From Eledone cirrhosa (Eukaryota): a stretch of DNA of 64,000 bases. The notes beneath the pieces are model-generated. The model worked only from the letters and a program-made list of their open reading frames with translations. It was not told the DNA's origin and searched no databases. The DNA lies in the NCBI GenBank assembly GCA_964016885.1, contig OZ024743.1, forward strand, positions 76,012,001-76,076,000, written 5' to 3'. Positions 44,008 to 56,745 of this stretch are shown here, in pieces. Every line of letters starts with the position of its first letter. Within the stretch, counting starts at the first letter, position 1. Position numbers and translations under genes: made by a program.

Positions 44008-45721
44008 CAAATCTTCCTCAAGATCAGCGGTCTCCTAATTTCCTTTCACTAATGGGACACTTTTGAAAAAGTAAAAATATGCTGGCGCACTTTGTACCAT
44101 AAGTTCTTAACAGGGTTGACAGATTCTGTTATTTTTCGCAAATCTTTTTACTAAACTTTACTTGTTTGCCACAAGTATATATAGACCTATATAAACATAT
44201 GAATTTCAGTTTGTATTTTTTACATTTTAAAACTTAATGTGAGACTTTTTTTGTACGTTTAGTTACATCTCACTACGCATCAGTGCGCTGCGGGGCACAG
44301 TTTAGGGACCAACGAAAGTAAAAGATACGACTTAATGATAACAAATATAAAAATATAATCTGGCCGTTACTGACTTAACTAAAGCAGACACAAACATGGA
44401 TATCACAAGGCTAAATGAAAACAAATATATTCATTAACCACTGTAGTTATGAAGGAAAGTGGGTATGTACTCAGATACCTAGGAACGTAGAAAGTAAAAC
44501 AAACACACAACAAAAGTTTTAGAATATTAGGACCTTTCAATCCTTAACAAAACAACGGAGAAAAACCGTTCCGACCTAGGTGTAGAGTCTCTCTCCTGTT
44601 TCCCCCCTCTTTCTTCCTTGCTTAATAGTCTTTGCCCTTTCCCTACAGTCTTTGCTCTCCCCCACTTCTTCTCATTTATGGACTTTATAGTCCTTTCTTC
44701 TATTTTCCTCTACATCCAGATTTGCCCTTCTTTACCCTTTCCTCCTCTGTTCATTACTTAATCTTGTTTTAATCCTTTTTTAACATTTCCTATCATTGTA
44801 TAACTTTTGTTTGTAAAATATAGTTGACATAACAATCTTTGTTTAAATGATAAAGATATCATTAGAGAAATTATACTACGATAAGAATTATAACCGTCAT
44901 CAAAAGGTATCTGAAACAAGAGATCTTCGTTAATATACGAAGAATCCACCGATGTGGTAAACACCAAGAATTCTTTGAAAAAAACAAAGTTAGACCCCAA
45001 ACAAAACCAATTTTACCAAGAATTTAGTAAGAAAATAGAAAACAACATGGCAGCAAATAAGTAGAAGAATTTGGTGGGGAGGAGGAAAAACAGCAAAATT
45101 TAACACAAGGCCAGCGATTTGAAGGGAGGGGAAAAGAAAAGGATCGATCGACTTTCGTCAAATCGGACCGAGGAAACAATGTTTACGTCGGTCTTTCCAG
45201 TTGCTAATACTATCTATCGGTCTCAACTCCAGGTAGAAGGAGCAACGTGAAATAAAGTGTCTTGCTCAAGGACATAACGCATCGCCCAGTCCAGGAATCG
45301 AACACACAACCTCAAGATGGTAAATACAATTCTCTATGGATCCAAGTTCGTTAATGGTACTTTATTTTATCGACCCTGTAAGGATGAAAGGCAAGCTGAC
45401 CTTGGTGAGATTTGAACTCAGAATGTAAAGGGCCATAACAATATGCCACAAAGTATTATGTCCGAGCAGCGAAAGAATAAAAATGGCCAATATTAGTGAA
45501 AATATTGAACCCAATATCTGAACGATCGTAAGAGGACATAACAACAAAATATATAATTCATAGACTACAAATAAAAACAAAAAAAAAAGACGGGGTATGA
45601 TGAGAATCCACACTTCTGGCTATAATATCAAACTTTTGATTCCAACACCAAACCACCTCTGGTTCTACGAAACAAAACCAACCATTTTAAAGGGATCCTA
45701 TTTAGATTAAAATCTGCATTT

Positions 45722-45932
45722 ACATATACACCAGGTCCGAACACAAAGGAACCAAAATCTTACTGTCACTGCCTCGGTGTGAGTGTGTGTCTGTGAAACA
45801 TACATATACATCAGGTCCGAACACAAAGGAACCAAATTCCCACTGTCACTGTATCCGTCTCTCCAGCTCTCCCTATTTCTCACATATACACCAAGTCCGA
45901 ACACAAAAGAGCCAAACTCCCACTGTCACTAC
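45722..45932. repeat. Three copies of catatacaccaggtccgaacacaaaggaaccaaa..c..actgtcact at ~80-bp spacing
   Basis: Copies start near 45723, 45805 and 45883, separated by variable linkers. Confidence 0.75.
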
Positions 45933-46686
45933 CTTTTGTTAAGTTATGTTACAAATACTTATATTATCTTAATATTTAAATAATAAATAATTATAGAAAA
46001 TCCTTCCAAATGTTTATCAAATTATTTCAAATACAGTGATTCTCATTATAACTACGGTAATGAAAATATTAACATGTTCACAGAATTACTAGTAAAGAAG
46101 TTTAATGAGATATATATAAAAGAACATACATGTTTGGTTCATTGAGTCTTAGACTGTTTTATTCTCGAAGACAAAAGATAGAACAAAACCACTGAATTGC
46201 ACACACGTAATCCGACTTCATACAACCTACAAAAACTTCTTCTTCTTCTTCTTCTTCTTCTAGTTAACTTTCTAACATTGCATTCACGAAGTTGACTTAT
46301 AGATAACATCCACTTAAATTGTTCCAAAAGATTTCGACCACTTCAGGTTATCGGATTTGTCTCCCTTGCTTGCTTCTCTTCACCCTTAATAGCCATAAAG
46401 ATAATTTAGCCTTGAAATTGCTAAGATTGTCTCAGCTGGTTTTTTTCCTACTCGCTCTGTAAACGTACGCACACACAGATACATACACGCACACATACAC
46501 GCACACTCACACACACACACACACACACACACATACATGTATAAACTTGTATAAGCACCTGAAGAAAGGCGTCCGACCCTCTACTTGATACTGCCAATCC
46601 ACCGCCATCATAAATAAATAATGTTTCTGCTCTCTTCCCGACTGAGCACTGCTTTCCCTTTTCCTTTTCACACCTACGGATATTGC

Positions 46687-46733
<47 letters not shown>

Positions 46734-46782
46734 TAAAATAAAACAAGGACGATTGGTTACTCCTTCATTACGTTTATTGGTT

Positions 46783-46867
46783 GGTGATGCGCGTTTCGCC
46801 ACTGATCAGCTCAAGGTTCAATCTGTATCGATCTAGCTCGACTCTGTAATCGACGGCTCGTCAGACC
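46783..46867 (-). ncRNA. Type I hammerhead ribozyme with extended (~60-nt) stem II domain
   Basis: rc: GGU CUGACGA GCC..(long insert)..GGC GAAA CGCGCA UC ACC; it lies between inverted arms 46731-46757 and 46893-46920; the 3' half recurs at 42335-42385 (GAAA CGCGCG UC). Confidence 0.78.
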
Positions 46868-46998
46868 CCTTAAACTGGTAATGAAAGAATTAACCAATCG
46901 TCCTTGTTTTATTTCACTATAATACACTCTGTCTAGCTCTACACCTCGACACAGAAGTGAACTTAAACATCGAGTGCTCACCTGGGTGAACCTACAGT

Positions 46999-47114
<116 letters not shown>

Positions 47115-47678
47115 AAATGGGGAGAAGAATACTGCATGGTTGCACATGGATAACATGTTATAAAATGAGTCCCTCATCAGTGATTTACCAACGGTCATAG
47201 GTATTTCATTGCATTAAAAATCATATACCTCACGTTGGCGCAATAATAACTAAATTAAGTTATTAGGACAATTAAAACGCGTGAAGCGAGTGAGACAAGT
47301 AAACAACACAGAGGAAAGCTAACCGAAGATAGGAAGAGATACAAGCTACATAGTTATTCTATCAGTATAAGCTGGGTGAATATATGAGCGAGTAGAAAAT
47401 AGACCTTTCGAGATGAAACCGATGTGAGAAAAAAGGAAAATCGTTAACGTCGCGAACGGGGGAAAATGAGAAGGGGAGAAACAGTGAGTGAGTGAGTGGA
47501 AGTGTGATATATATATATAAGCAAAAGTGATATTCAATTTGTTGGTAATTCAACAAATATAAATGTTTATAACTGATTCAGAGCACTCGACCTTAACGGT
47601 TCAAGTTTTTCCAGGAAAAACTTGAACCGTTAAGGTATTTTTTCTTGGTTATGTCAATATTTATAAAACAAACTTTTG

Positions 47679-47739
47679 TATTTTATCTCATGAGGGCGTA
47701 CCAAAGTTTTGATACCCTTGAAATATATATAATAGAATA
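47679..47739 (+). ncRNA. Hammerhead ribozyme with core mutation (CUCAUGA)
   Basis: UAUUUUAU CUcAUGA gggcguaccaaag/uuuugauacccuu GAAA UAUAUA UA AUAGAAUA. Confidence 0.65.
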
Positions 47740-47776
47740 AATATGGTTTTATAAATATAGTTTCTATTTATTTAAT

Positions 47777-47861
<85 letters not shown>

Positions 47862-47905
47862 AAGTTAAATAAAAGTCAAATGATTAAAATTTAGCTTCGT
47901 TTATT

Positions 47906-47960
47906 ACTGCTATATATATTTCAGTGACAGCCATCTTTGGCTGTGACCTCTTCAGGCAGT
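47906..47960 (-). ncRNA. Type I hammerhead ribozyme (family D, left arm)
   Basis: Exact reverse complement of 48265-48319. Confidence 0.88.
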
Positions 47961-48264
47961 TTGAATTAGTATGGTATAGACAAGTACATATGTTGTTTAG
48001 GTGTATGATATTGTCAATACTCTGATATGCCCAGTTCCTTGTTGGGTTGTTAATTCACTGGGGAACTGGAATCATATGGGGAACTGGAGAACTGGGGAAC
48101 TGGTTGTTAATTCACTGGGGAACTGGAGTCACTGGGGAACTGGAGTCATATGACTCCAGTTCCCCAGTGAATGAACAACCCAACAAGGAACTGGGCATAT
48201 CAGAGTATTGACAATATCATACACCTAAACAACATATGTACTTGTCTATACCATACTAATTCAA

Positions 48265-48319
48265 ACTGCCTGAAGAGGTCACAGCCAAAGATGGCTGTCA
48301 CTGAAATATATATAGCAGT
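48265..48319 (+). ncRNA. Type I hammerhead ribozyme (family D, right arm), intact
   Basis: ACUGC CUGAAGA GGUcACAGCC aaagau GGCUGUcACU GAAA UAUAUA UA GCAGU. Confidence 0.88.
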
Positions 48320-48461
48320 AATAAACGAAGCTAAATTTTAATCATTTGACTTTTATTTAACTTTATTTTACACTACTCCGGAGTAACCAAACCAACCTGC
48401 GCACTTCGTCGAGTGCTCCAGCCTGCATACTAAGGTGTTGGTATACAACCAACATAAACTC

Positions 48462-48497
<36 letters not shown>

Positions 48498-48908
48498 ATT
48501 ATGGAACGAAGTTTATAAATTTAATGGACACAGCTTTAGTCGTTTTCTTACTCCCTAAATAATTTAATTAAGTCCGAATTATTAAAATTCGAACCTAACC
48601 AATTAGAGTGTACCCTTATACATTAATCAGTGAGGGAGACAACTTCGTGTGGGTAGGACATTTCAGTTACCCGGATCGATGCACCAGTTTCTACGATTCC
48701 GATCATATAAATAAATATGGTTATACTTGGGGAGGGTCATATTGTTGTAATAATATTGCCAGAAATAATAACAGAACACACTCACTGTTTCGTTGGTTTT
48801 CGCTTCTGTATCTTTTATATTTCCATAGTTAATTCATTTGGCAATCAACGTTTATCATTGATTGAGCAACGGTTAAAAATACAGATATAAATATATATAT
48901 ATATAGTC

Positions 48909-48952
48909 TATCAAAGTTCTTTCGTTGCACATCTGCAACATCATCAGTGGTA
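48909..48952 (-). ncRNA. Type I hammerhead ribozyme (family E)
   Basis: rc: UACCA CUGAUGA u GUUGCA gaug UGCAAC GAAA GAAC UU UGAUA; directly abuts (TA)n. Confidence 0.72.
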
Positions 48953-49354
48953 TTATTATTATGTTCTCTCCTATTGTATTGTATTGTAATGTCTACGCCA
49001 TTTTTATTTTATTTATTTATTTATTTTATATATTTATTTATTTAAATTTAAATATGAATATATATAAATAGTATATTGTCATCTTTCACCAATCTCTCAT
49101 TAATCCCCCGGAAACAACGCTAGTCCTCCATTTATATATAAGTATGTATGTAGAGTGGGTAATAGGAAAAGAGTCAGGACACCGACGGGTCTAGCTGTCG
49201 AAACGGCCGGAGCTCAGTCGTCAGGGTCCTGACTATTTTCCTATGTATGTATATATGTTTATCTTTTTCTGTATATATATATGTGTGTGTGTGTATGTGT
49301 GTGTGTGTGTGTATGCATACATGCATGTATGTATGTATGTATATATGTATGTAC

Positions 49355-49950
49355 ATATGTAAACCAGTACAACCTGTCGCATGTGGTCATGTCGTCGGCG
49401 ACTAAACCGGCAACCCCACCAAGTTTACTTGGTGAGGAGGGTGCTTTTGGACACCCTGCAGGACAAAAACAAAACCTGACAAAGGGCGGAAGAACTCATA
49501 AGAGTCAACAGCCATCCAAAAGTGTGTAAATATGTATATACACATGTACATGTGTATGTATATGTATATGTGTACATACATGGGTGCATGTGTATGTATA
49601 TGCGCGGGGACATAGAAATAGTCGGGATGGACACCCGATCGCGCAGTTAAACCACTGGGAGTGAAGGACCCCTAGCCTTTGTCAGGGCATTCTTCTAGAA
49701 GGCAACTCAGGAAACTGGAATAACTCCGATATAAAACCTGCGGCTCAGTAGTTTCCGATGATGTTGATCTTTTCTTCTTTTCGGGTTATAGCTACTGTCG
49801 CTCAGAGAGTGGGATTGGCTCAGTGCACAGTCTTTCCTCACTTTAAAAAATATCTTCACGCACAGGAATTGCACGGTAGAATTATTTAATAATTATTAAT
49901 AATGGTAAATCATGCAATGGCCATACTCGAAAACGATGGGGCAGCCATCA
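49355..49950 (+). mobile_element. Non-autonomous RTE-partner element (SINE-like) ending in (TGTA)n
   Basis: 3' end gcaatggccatactcga.aacga.ggggcagccatca matches the RTE LINE end at 51770-51806; copies at 53355-53647 and 54250-54867, diverged copies at 61588-62195 (-) and 62398-62820 (-). Confidence 0.85.
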
Positions 49951-50036
49951 TGTATGTATGTATGTATGTATGTATGTATGTATGTATGTATGTATGTATG
50001 TATGTATGTATGTATGTATGTATGTATGTATGTATG

Positions 50037-50780
50037 TTCTTCTGGTTTTATAATTTCACAAAGTTTTACCAATAGAGATATGTATGTATGTATGTATGTA
50101 TGTATGTTTTCTCTTTCTCTTAATTTCGAGTATATTTTTTTGACCGGCCACCTTCCTGGTGGCAAGGTTGTAAAAGAAAAGAAATTGTCATCCCTTGAAT
50201 CGCAAGAATGTTTTGCAAATTTTGAAGGTGCCAGCTATCGCAGCCATTTGCAGACTATGAATTAGGGAGCTGCGCTTTTTGTCCGCAAATCCAAGTTCAG
50301 TCATACTTTGGTCCAAGCGGGTTGGTATATAACCCGTAGCACCAATAATGATGGGTATGAAGCTAAAGGTGTATCTTGGATACTGGATTTGTAAACTCCT
50401 CATCAATGGTCCGTAAATGTCCTCCTTCTCCTGTATTTTTCTGACAACGTTTACATCAAGTGGGCAGCTGATCTCCACAACAGAACACGTTTTCAATGTG
50501 TGGTCCCAAACTACAATATCAGGCCGGTTGTGCTTTAATTTGGTGGCAGTTTTTATTTTCAGGTTCCACCAGTATTCCTTAGTGCCATCTGTCTCAATAT
50601 ATTCTTCCTCGTTTGTTGTTAATTTTGTTTTCCGAAGTGCGTTCCAGATGGTTCTAGCTATCCCATCGTGTCTCATGGGGAGGTAGTAGCGAGATGACAT
50701 TCTTTCGTAGCTGGCAACAATGTGGCTTACATCCTCGATCTTTGTTTTACATAGCCTACATTTATTGTCAGCTGCTGGCC
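50037..50780 (-). mobile_element. R4/Dong-like non-LTR retrotransposon 3' fragment (CCHC knuckle plus restriction-like endonuclease)
   Basis: CRLCK..IEDVSHIVAS....RHD.IA...WWN..I.T....HNRPDIVVWD....SVVEISCP.D....K..EK..IY is the RHD / PD-(D/E)xK RLE signature; both ends sit in (TATG)n. Confidence 0.88.
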
Positions 50781-50934
50781 CTCCTCTTTTGTGCAGCAGA
50801 TGTATGTATGTATGTATGTATGTATGTATGTATGTATGTATGTATGTATGTATGTATGTATGTATGTATGTATGTATGTATGTATGTATGTATGTGTGTA
50901 TGTATGTACGTACGTATCTATGTATGTATTTATT

Positions 50935-51806
50935 TGCGAAACCTGGGTCACATATCGACAGCACCTTACACAATTGGAGCGTTTCTATCAGATGTGTCTC
51001 AGACGGATCCATGGCGTTCACTGGAGGGACCACATCAGTGATGTCGAGATTTTGGAAAGCTCTCTGTGCGAAAGTATAGAAGCTCTTGTGCTTTAGCAAA
51101 GACTCGGATGGAGTGATCACCTTGCCAGGATGAAGGATTCTAGAATACCGAAACAGCTCTTTTATGGAGAGTTAGTTAAAGGAAAACGACCTCCACATAA
51201 ACCAAAAAAGAGGTATAAGGATTCGTTGAAAGCCTCTTTGAAAGACGCTAACATCTCTGCTGATACATGGGAAAATGTAGCTGCTGATCGTAATAAATGG
51301 AGAAAGACTGTAAGACTGTACATGAGGGGAAAGTTGCCTTGAGGCCTCACGAATCGCATACGAGAAAGTAAACCGGGATGTGAGGAAGGGCATTGCTGTT
51401 GCATTTCCAGGCAGCGAAAGTCCTCTTATGGCGCTGACATGTAGCGTCTGTGCGAGACTCTGCCTCAGCAAAGCTGGACTCGAAAGTAATCTTCGCAGTC
51501 ATAAAGTGAGACCAGTGGCTGACCACCAGGCTGCTTTTGGAGATGCTACTCATCATGCCTGCTAAGCATGTGGTAGAGAATTTAGATCAGCAGGAGAGCT
51601 CAAACGACATGCAAAAGTACATGAAATCCAACCACAGCCAGCTATTCCCAGTGAATGTTTTGGTTGCCAACTCTGTGCAAGACATTTTAGATCATTGTCT
51701 GAGCTAAAAAGCCACATTCGATCGCAGCATCGTTAATTGTTATGTATGTGTATTATTTTCTTTTTACGTGCAATGGCCATACTCGATAACGAGGGGGCAA
51801 CCATCA
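50935..51806 (+). mobile_element. RTE-clade LINE 3' fragment with three C-terminal C2H2 fingers
   Basis: LERFYQMCLRRIHGVHWRDHISDVEILE..SIEAL, HLARMKDSRIPKQLFYGELVKGKR....KKRYKDSLK...WE..AADR.KWR, then CSVC..H, C*AC..H..H and CQLC..H...H; stop at 51734-51736. Confidence 0.9.
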
Positions 51807-52447
51807 TATATGTATGTATATATATACAATTATTGACATATTGTCTATAAACTGATTCAATAACTTAAATGAAAAGTAAGCAGTTTAACTGTACCAAACG
51901 ATATAATGAAATCATGTACTTTGGCTGACATATTAGAAATTATTAAAGTCAGTTAAATAGCTTTTATTATCGTAATACAACAAATTAAATAATCATTAAT
52001 TAATTAATAATTAATAAATTAGAGATTTAAAGATTTCAACGACGGAAAGATTAAATGTCAAGTCAGATTTTGTGTTATATACTGAAATATTTGTGAATAT
52101 GAATGTAAACTTGGCTGCGTGGTTAAGACGATAGCTTCGTAAACATATCATTCCAAGTTCAATCTCACTGTTCGACAATTAGGTTGAGTTCTTTTTTTTT
52201 TACCTCCAGCCATAGAGAGTTGGCGCTGACAAATATTTTGTGGGTGATATTTGGTAAAGCGAAATACTGTTCGGATGATCGTCGTGAGGGAGGGAAAGTC
52301 GAATAAATCGATCCTAGTGCCTTACTGGTGCTTTATTTTATTGACTCTCGTAAGGATGAAAGGCAAAGCTAGCCTATGAAGTGAAATATTGGTTTCTAAT
52401 TTAGGTACAAGGTTAACAATTTGGGGGAAGGTAAGGTCAATTAAATC

Positions 52448-52610
52448 TCAAAAACCTTAAATAGGGAGGGTATTCTCTGGATGACTCGTGTGTACCTGGT
52501 GGCCTGGATCTCTGGAAAGGAAGCTAATCAATGTCAATTGGGAGTGATAATCCTAATTTTCGAAAAGGGAGACAAGAGAGACTTTTCTCCAATTACTGAG
52601 GGAATTTCAT
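52448..52610 (+). mobile_element. RTE-type RT N-terminal fragment (degenerate) among SINE-A pieces
   Basis: LKTLNREGILWMTRV...AW.SGK....QLGVIILIFEKGDKRD....GIS resembles W..G.I.PIFKKGD....NYRGISL. Confidence 0.7.
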
Positions 52611-52734
52611 TCGTTCCTGTTACTTTGCTATATCGACTCCTTAAGGACGAAAGGCAAAACTACTAAAAACAATCAATCCTTTCAATTACATCAACAATCA
52701 GAACTACATTTCAACATTTTCTATTACATGCAAG

Positions 52735-52872
52735 GCGCATGACTTAGTGGTTAGAGCATTGGGCTTGCAATCGAAAGGTTGTGAGTTCAATTCTCGGACC
52801 GGGTGATGTGTTGTTTCCTTGAACAAGACACTTTATTCACGTTGCTCCAGTTTACTCAGCTGTAGAAATGAG
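52735..52872 (+). mobile_element. SINE family B 5' portion
   Basis: tagtggttagagc (A-box-like), gagttcaattc (B-box-like), followed by the family-B core. Confidence 0.8.
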
Positions 52873-53671
52873 ATGATAGGACTGGGGTCCCTATCATTAA
52901 ATCACCCAAGATACCTCCAACGGGATATACCTTGGAGGGGGCCTGCTAAACCTGCAGAGGTGTGAGCTGTCATACACATTACATGCAAACCTTTCAGAAA
53001 CATGAATCTTTACTTCTCTATATTTTATACTTGGCTGGTAGAATTAATTTGTAGCCCAGTTTAATAGCTTAGTCTGGTGCTTTGATGACTTTAGCAGGTT
53101 CCATTCTGTTGCAAACATTCCAACTAGGCATGTGGTTTGGGGATACGTGTTTCCTTTCCTGCCTCACTTCTACCTGTTTAAAATTGGTCAAAAGAACTGC
53201 GCTTCCCCCCTTGGTTGAACAGCATAAAAAAATTCCCCTTTTCAGTCTATATTCCTGGTCAACCTACAGGATAAAGTGGGAAGTGTTGCTGGATATGAAA
53301 GCCATGTATGCAGATACTATTGCATCCTAAATCAAAGAACTCCGCAAGCAAACCGAGGACCCCTAGCCTTTGTCAGGGCATTCTTCTAGGAGAAGGAAAC
53401 TCAGGAAACTGGGATAATTCTGATATAAAACCTGCGGCTCAGTAGTTGCCGATGATGTTGATCTTTTCTTCTTTTCTGGTTATAGCTACTGTCGCTCAGC
53501 GAGTGGGATTGGTTCAGTGCACAGTCTTTCCTCACTTTAAAAAACAACTTTGCGTACAGGCATTGCACGATAGAATTAATTAATAATTACTAATAATGGT
53601 ATATCGTGCAATGGCCATACTCGATAACGAGAGGGCAGCCATCATCATGTATGTATGTATGTATGTCTGTA

Positions 53672-54235
53672 TGTTCTTCTGGTTTTATAATTTCACAAAT
53701 TTTTGTTAAGAGAGAGAGAGAGAGTCGGTTTCTAACATAGTTACAAGACTCTCTCATTGGAATTTACACAACATCAACTAGGTAGATATGTATGCATGTC
53801 TGCATGAATGCATGTGTAGATATGGATGTTATTGTATGTGTGGATGTGTATGTTTCGAGTTGTATGTGTGCATATGTATACGCTTTGTATATGTACATGT
53901 GTATATGTAGTTATTAGATGCAAAATTTTTGGAATGTTTTACATATTTTTACTGTTCCATTAATTGATTCTACTTGTAATTTCCTAACTAGTTGTGTTCT
54001 TTCTGTTTCTGTGAAGTCCGGCTTCTCAAGATTTGTATTGAGGCAGTTACTAACATATCCCAGTGCCCCAATAATCACAGGCATAAATCTGAAAGTGTAA
54101 TCAGGATGGAATATCTGCAGATTTCTCATTAGTTCTGCATAAATATTCTCCTTTTCGCTAATCTTTGATATTATATTGGCATCTGTTGGGCAGCTAACTT
54201 CCACTACTGTGCATGCCTTCTTTTCCCTATCCCAT
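53672..54235 (-). mobile_element. Second R4/Dong-like RLE 3' fragment
   Basis: WDREKKACTVVEVSCPTDANI..K..EKENIY..LMRNLQI.HP.YTF.F.PVIIGA.GY...GT.KICKTF; shares the terminal ttcttctggttttataatttcacaaa with 50037. Confidence 0.85.
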
Positions 54236-54249
54236 GTATGTATGTATAT

Positions 54250-54867
54250 CGGGTCACTCTTGAGTGCTAGTGGCAACATGTAACCCAGTACAACCTATCG
54301 CATGGTCGGGTCGTCGGCGACTAAACCGGCAACCCCACCAAGTTTACTTGGTGAAGAGGGTGATTTTGGACACCCTGCAGGATAAAAAACAAAACCTGAC
54401 AAAGGGCGGAAGAACTCATAAGAGTCCACGGCCATCCAAAAGTGTGTAGATATGTATATGCACATGTACATATGTATGTATATGCGTATATACATGGGTG
54501 CATATGTATGTATATGCGCGGGGACATAGAAATAGTCGGGCTGGACACCGGATCGCGCGGTTAAACCAGTGGGAGTGAAGGACCCCTAGCCTTTGTCAGG
54601 GCATTCTTCTAGGAGAAGGCAACTCAGGAAACTGGGATAACTCCGATATAAAACCTGCGGCTCAGTAGTTACCGATGATGTTGATCTTTTCTTCTTTTCG
54701 GGTTATAGCTACTGTCGCTCAGAGAGTGGGATTGGTTCAGTGCACAGTCTTTCCTCACTTTAAAAAATATCTTCACGCACAGGCATTGCACGATAGAATT
54801 AATTTATAATTATTAATAATGGTATATCGTGCAATGGCCATACTCGATAACGAGGGGGCAGCCATCA
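54250..54867 (+). mobile_element. Longest copy of the RTE-partner non-autonomous element
   Basis: Colinear with 49355-49950; (TGTA)n tail. Confidence 0.85.
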
Positions 54868-54901
54868 TGTATGTATGTATGTATGTGTGTATATATATAT
54901 A

Positions 54902-54956
<55 letters not shown>

Positions 54957-55109
54957 TTATTAAAATAATAGATTAAAGTTTAAGCAAAGAATCGCTGCTT
55001 TCACTTTTAACGGATCTCCTGAAACTAAAAAAGTCAATCTGGGAACGCAGAAGTAAATATTTCAAAAAACGTTGCAACCGAAGGAAGACAGGAAGACGAT
55101 ACTTTGGTT

Positions 55110-55375
55110 CGTGGAAACGTTCCCTGGCAAAGAACAGAAAAAAACGAAGATAATACGTCATTATTTGGTGCGGTGAAAACAATTACACGCAAAGACAAAA
55201 CCACGTTTATGGTATAAATGAAGTCGTAGACAAATATTCTATTAGGTGGTTCATTGAGACGTTCACTGGCAATGAACGGAAAAAACGAAGATAATACGTC
55301 ATTATGTGGAGCAATGAAAACAATTACACGCAAAGACAAAACCACGTAAATGGTATAACTGAAGTCGTAGACTAA
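55110..55375. repeat. ~140-bp tandem duplication
   Basis: gaaaaaacgaagataatacgtcatta...caattacacgcaaagacaaaaccacgt...tgaagtcgtagac occurs twice. Confidence 0.85.
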
Positions 55376-56745
55376 AATTCTATTTAGGAAACCGAATGAA
55401 TCTCCGCTTCAGAGTTAAGAATAAAGTAAATAAAATACAGAGGTAATTGAAATTAAATATATACATACACGCATCCATATACGTACATACACAAGCATAC
55501 GCGAAAACACTCGCCATGGGTATGCAAATACAAGCACATACACCAAAAACCCCCCCCAAAAACCCGCACGCACATACAGAATCCACGCAACGCCTGTTCC
55601 CGCACACATACGAACGTATACACCAAATACACATAAAATATATATATAAACATATACATATACAGGTGTGCGTGTGTGTGCGTGTATACATAATTAAATA
55701 AACGTATATAAATATACACACATAAATACGTATATAACGCGTGTACACACACACCTACATGTAAATACACATATGTTCGCGGACTACGTCAACCAAAACA
55801 CAAAGTACACATATACACACACACCATACATACGTACGAACCCATATACTCACACAGGCGCAAAACTCACGTATACACATAACTAAACGCACATGTACAA
55901 GCATATATAATATATACACCAATAACATATACAAGCAAATATACGCACGAGAAAGTATACGTACCTTCACAAAACATACAGGTAATATATACTTACCTAT
56001 ACGAATAAGTAATGGTATTAACATAACATATACTTAGCTACCACATCAAGACGTAAAATATCCGCGTATAGTTCGTACTATCCGTTAGGGTATAATGTGG
56101 GGCTGTAATACAGGAAAGTCTTGTGCAATTTATGTTTACAAGCCGAAATTGCCTCAGATTTTTTGTTTAAGATGTGGTCTTTGGCAAGGAAATAATAAAC
56201 ACAGATATATACCTATTTTTTCTTCAAAGTTCCGACTATACAGTTTCACCTATCCATATGCAACAAATGTACATTATAGAAATGCATCATCGTTGTGAGG
56301 CCAATCAGCTTGTCAAGGAACACCTCAGAGAAAAGGACTGTTTTCCAGACGCGTTTTCAGAAAGCAAGAAAATCTCTATAGGCGGAGGGAGGAATTAACA
56401 TGTGATACATCGGTCAAGAAAGAGGACTGATTCCCATGTAGCAAGTGAAAATGTCTGAAAAGGCGGAGGGAAAAATTAATACATTAATACATGATACAGA
56501 GGTCATATATAACGAAGGAAGTGTGGTAAGTAACCAGGTGGCCCATAACGCACCAGAGTACTCAATACTTAGGATAGTAGAGTGCGTAATAGGAAAATGT
56601 TCAAGACCCCGACGGCAGAGCTCGAGCCATTTCGACGGCTATTTCTATATATATGTATGTAAAAGATAAACAGAAATAATAGCACAATCGGTAGAGTATA
56701 TGGAAGGAATATATTAGGTTAACGCTTGATATAGCAGGAAGAGCA

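Larger units (their letters stand above)
47855..48462 (+). mobile_element. Fold-back PLE-type element: ~215-bp inverted arms each holding a hammerhead, plus a ~90-nt tail, in (TA)n
   Basis: 47855-48070 is the reverse complement of ~48155-48370; repeated ggggaactgga units lie at the turn; tail 48371-48462 resembles 23580-23663. Confidence 0.85.

Noticed and set aside
44024-44315. hAT-type MITE (cagcggtctcctaa / ttagggacc)
   Set aside because: The right end is degenerate and no TSD is identifiable.
50188-51120. 310-aa ORF as a single gene
   Set aside because: Chance read-through of antisense RTE, (CATA)n and an R4-like RLE fragment.
52735-52805. tRNA gene
   Set aside because: The tRNA-like A/B boxes run directly into the SINE body and there is no complete cloverleaf.
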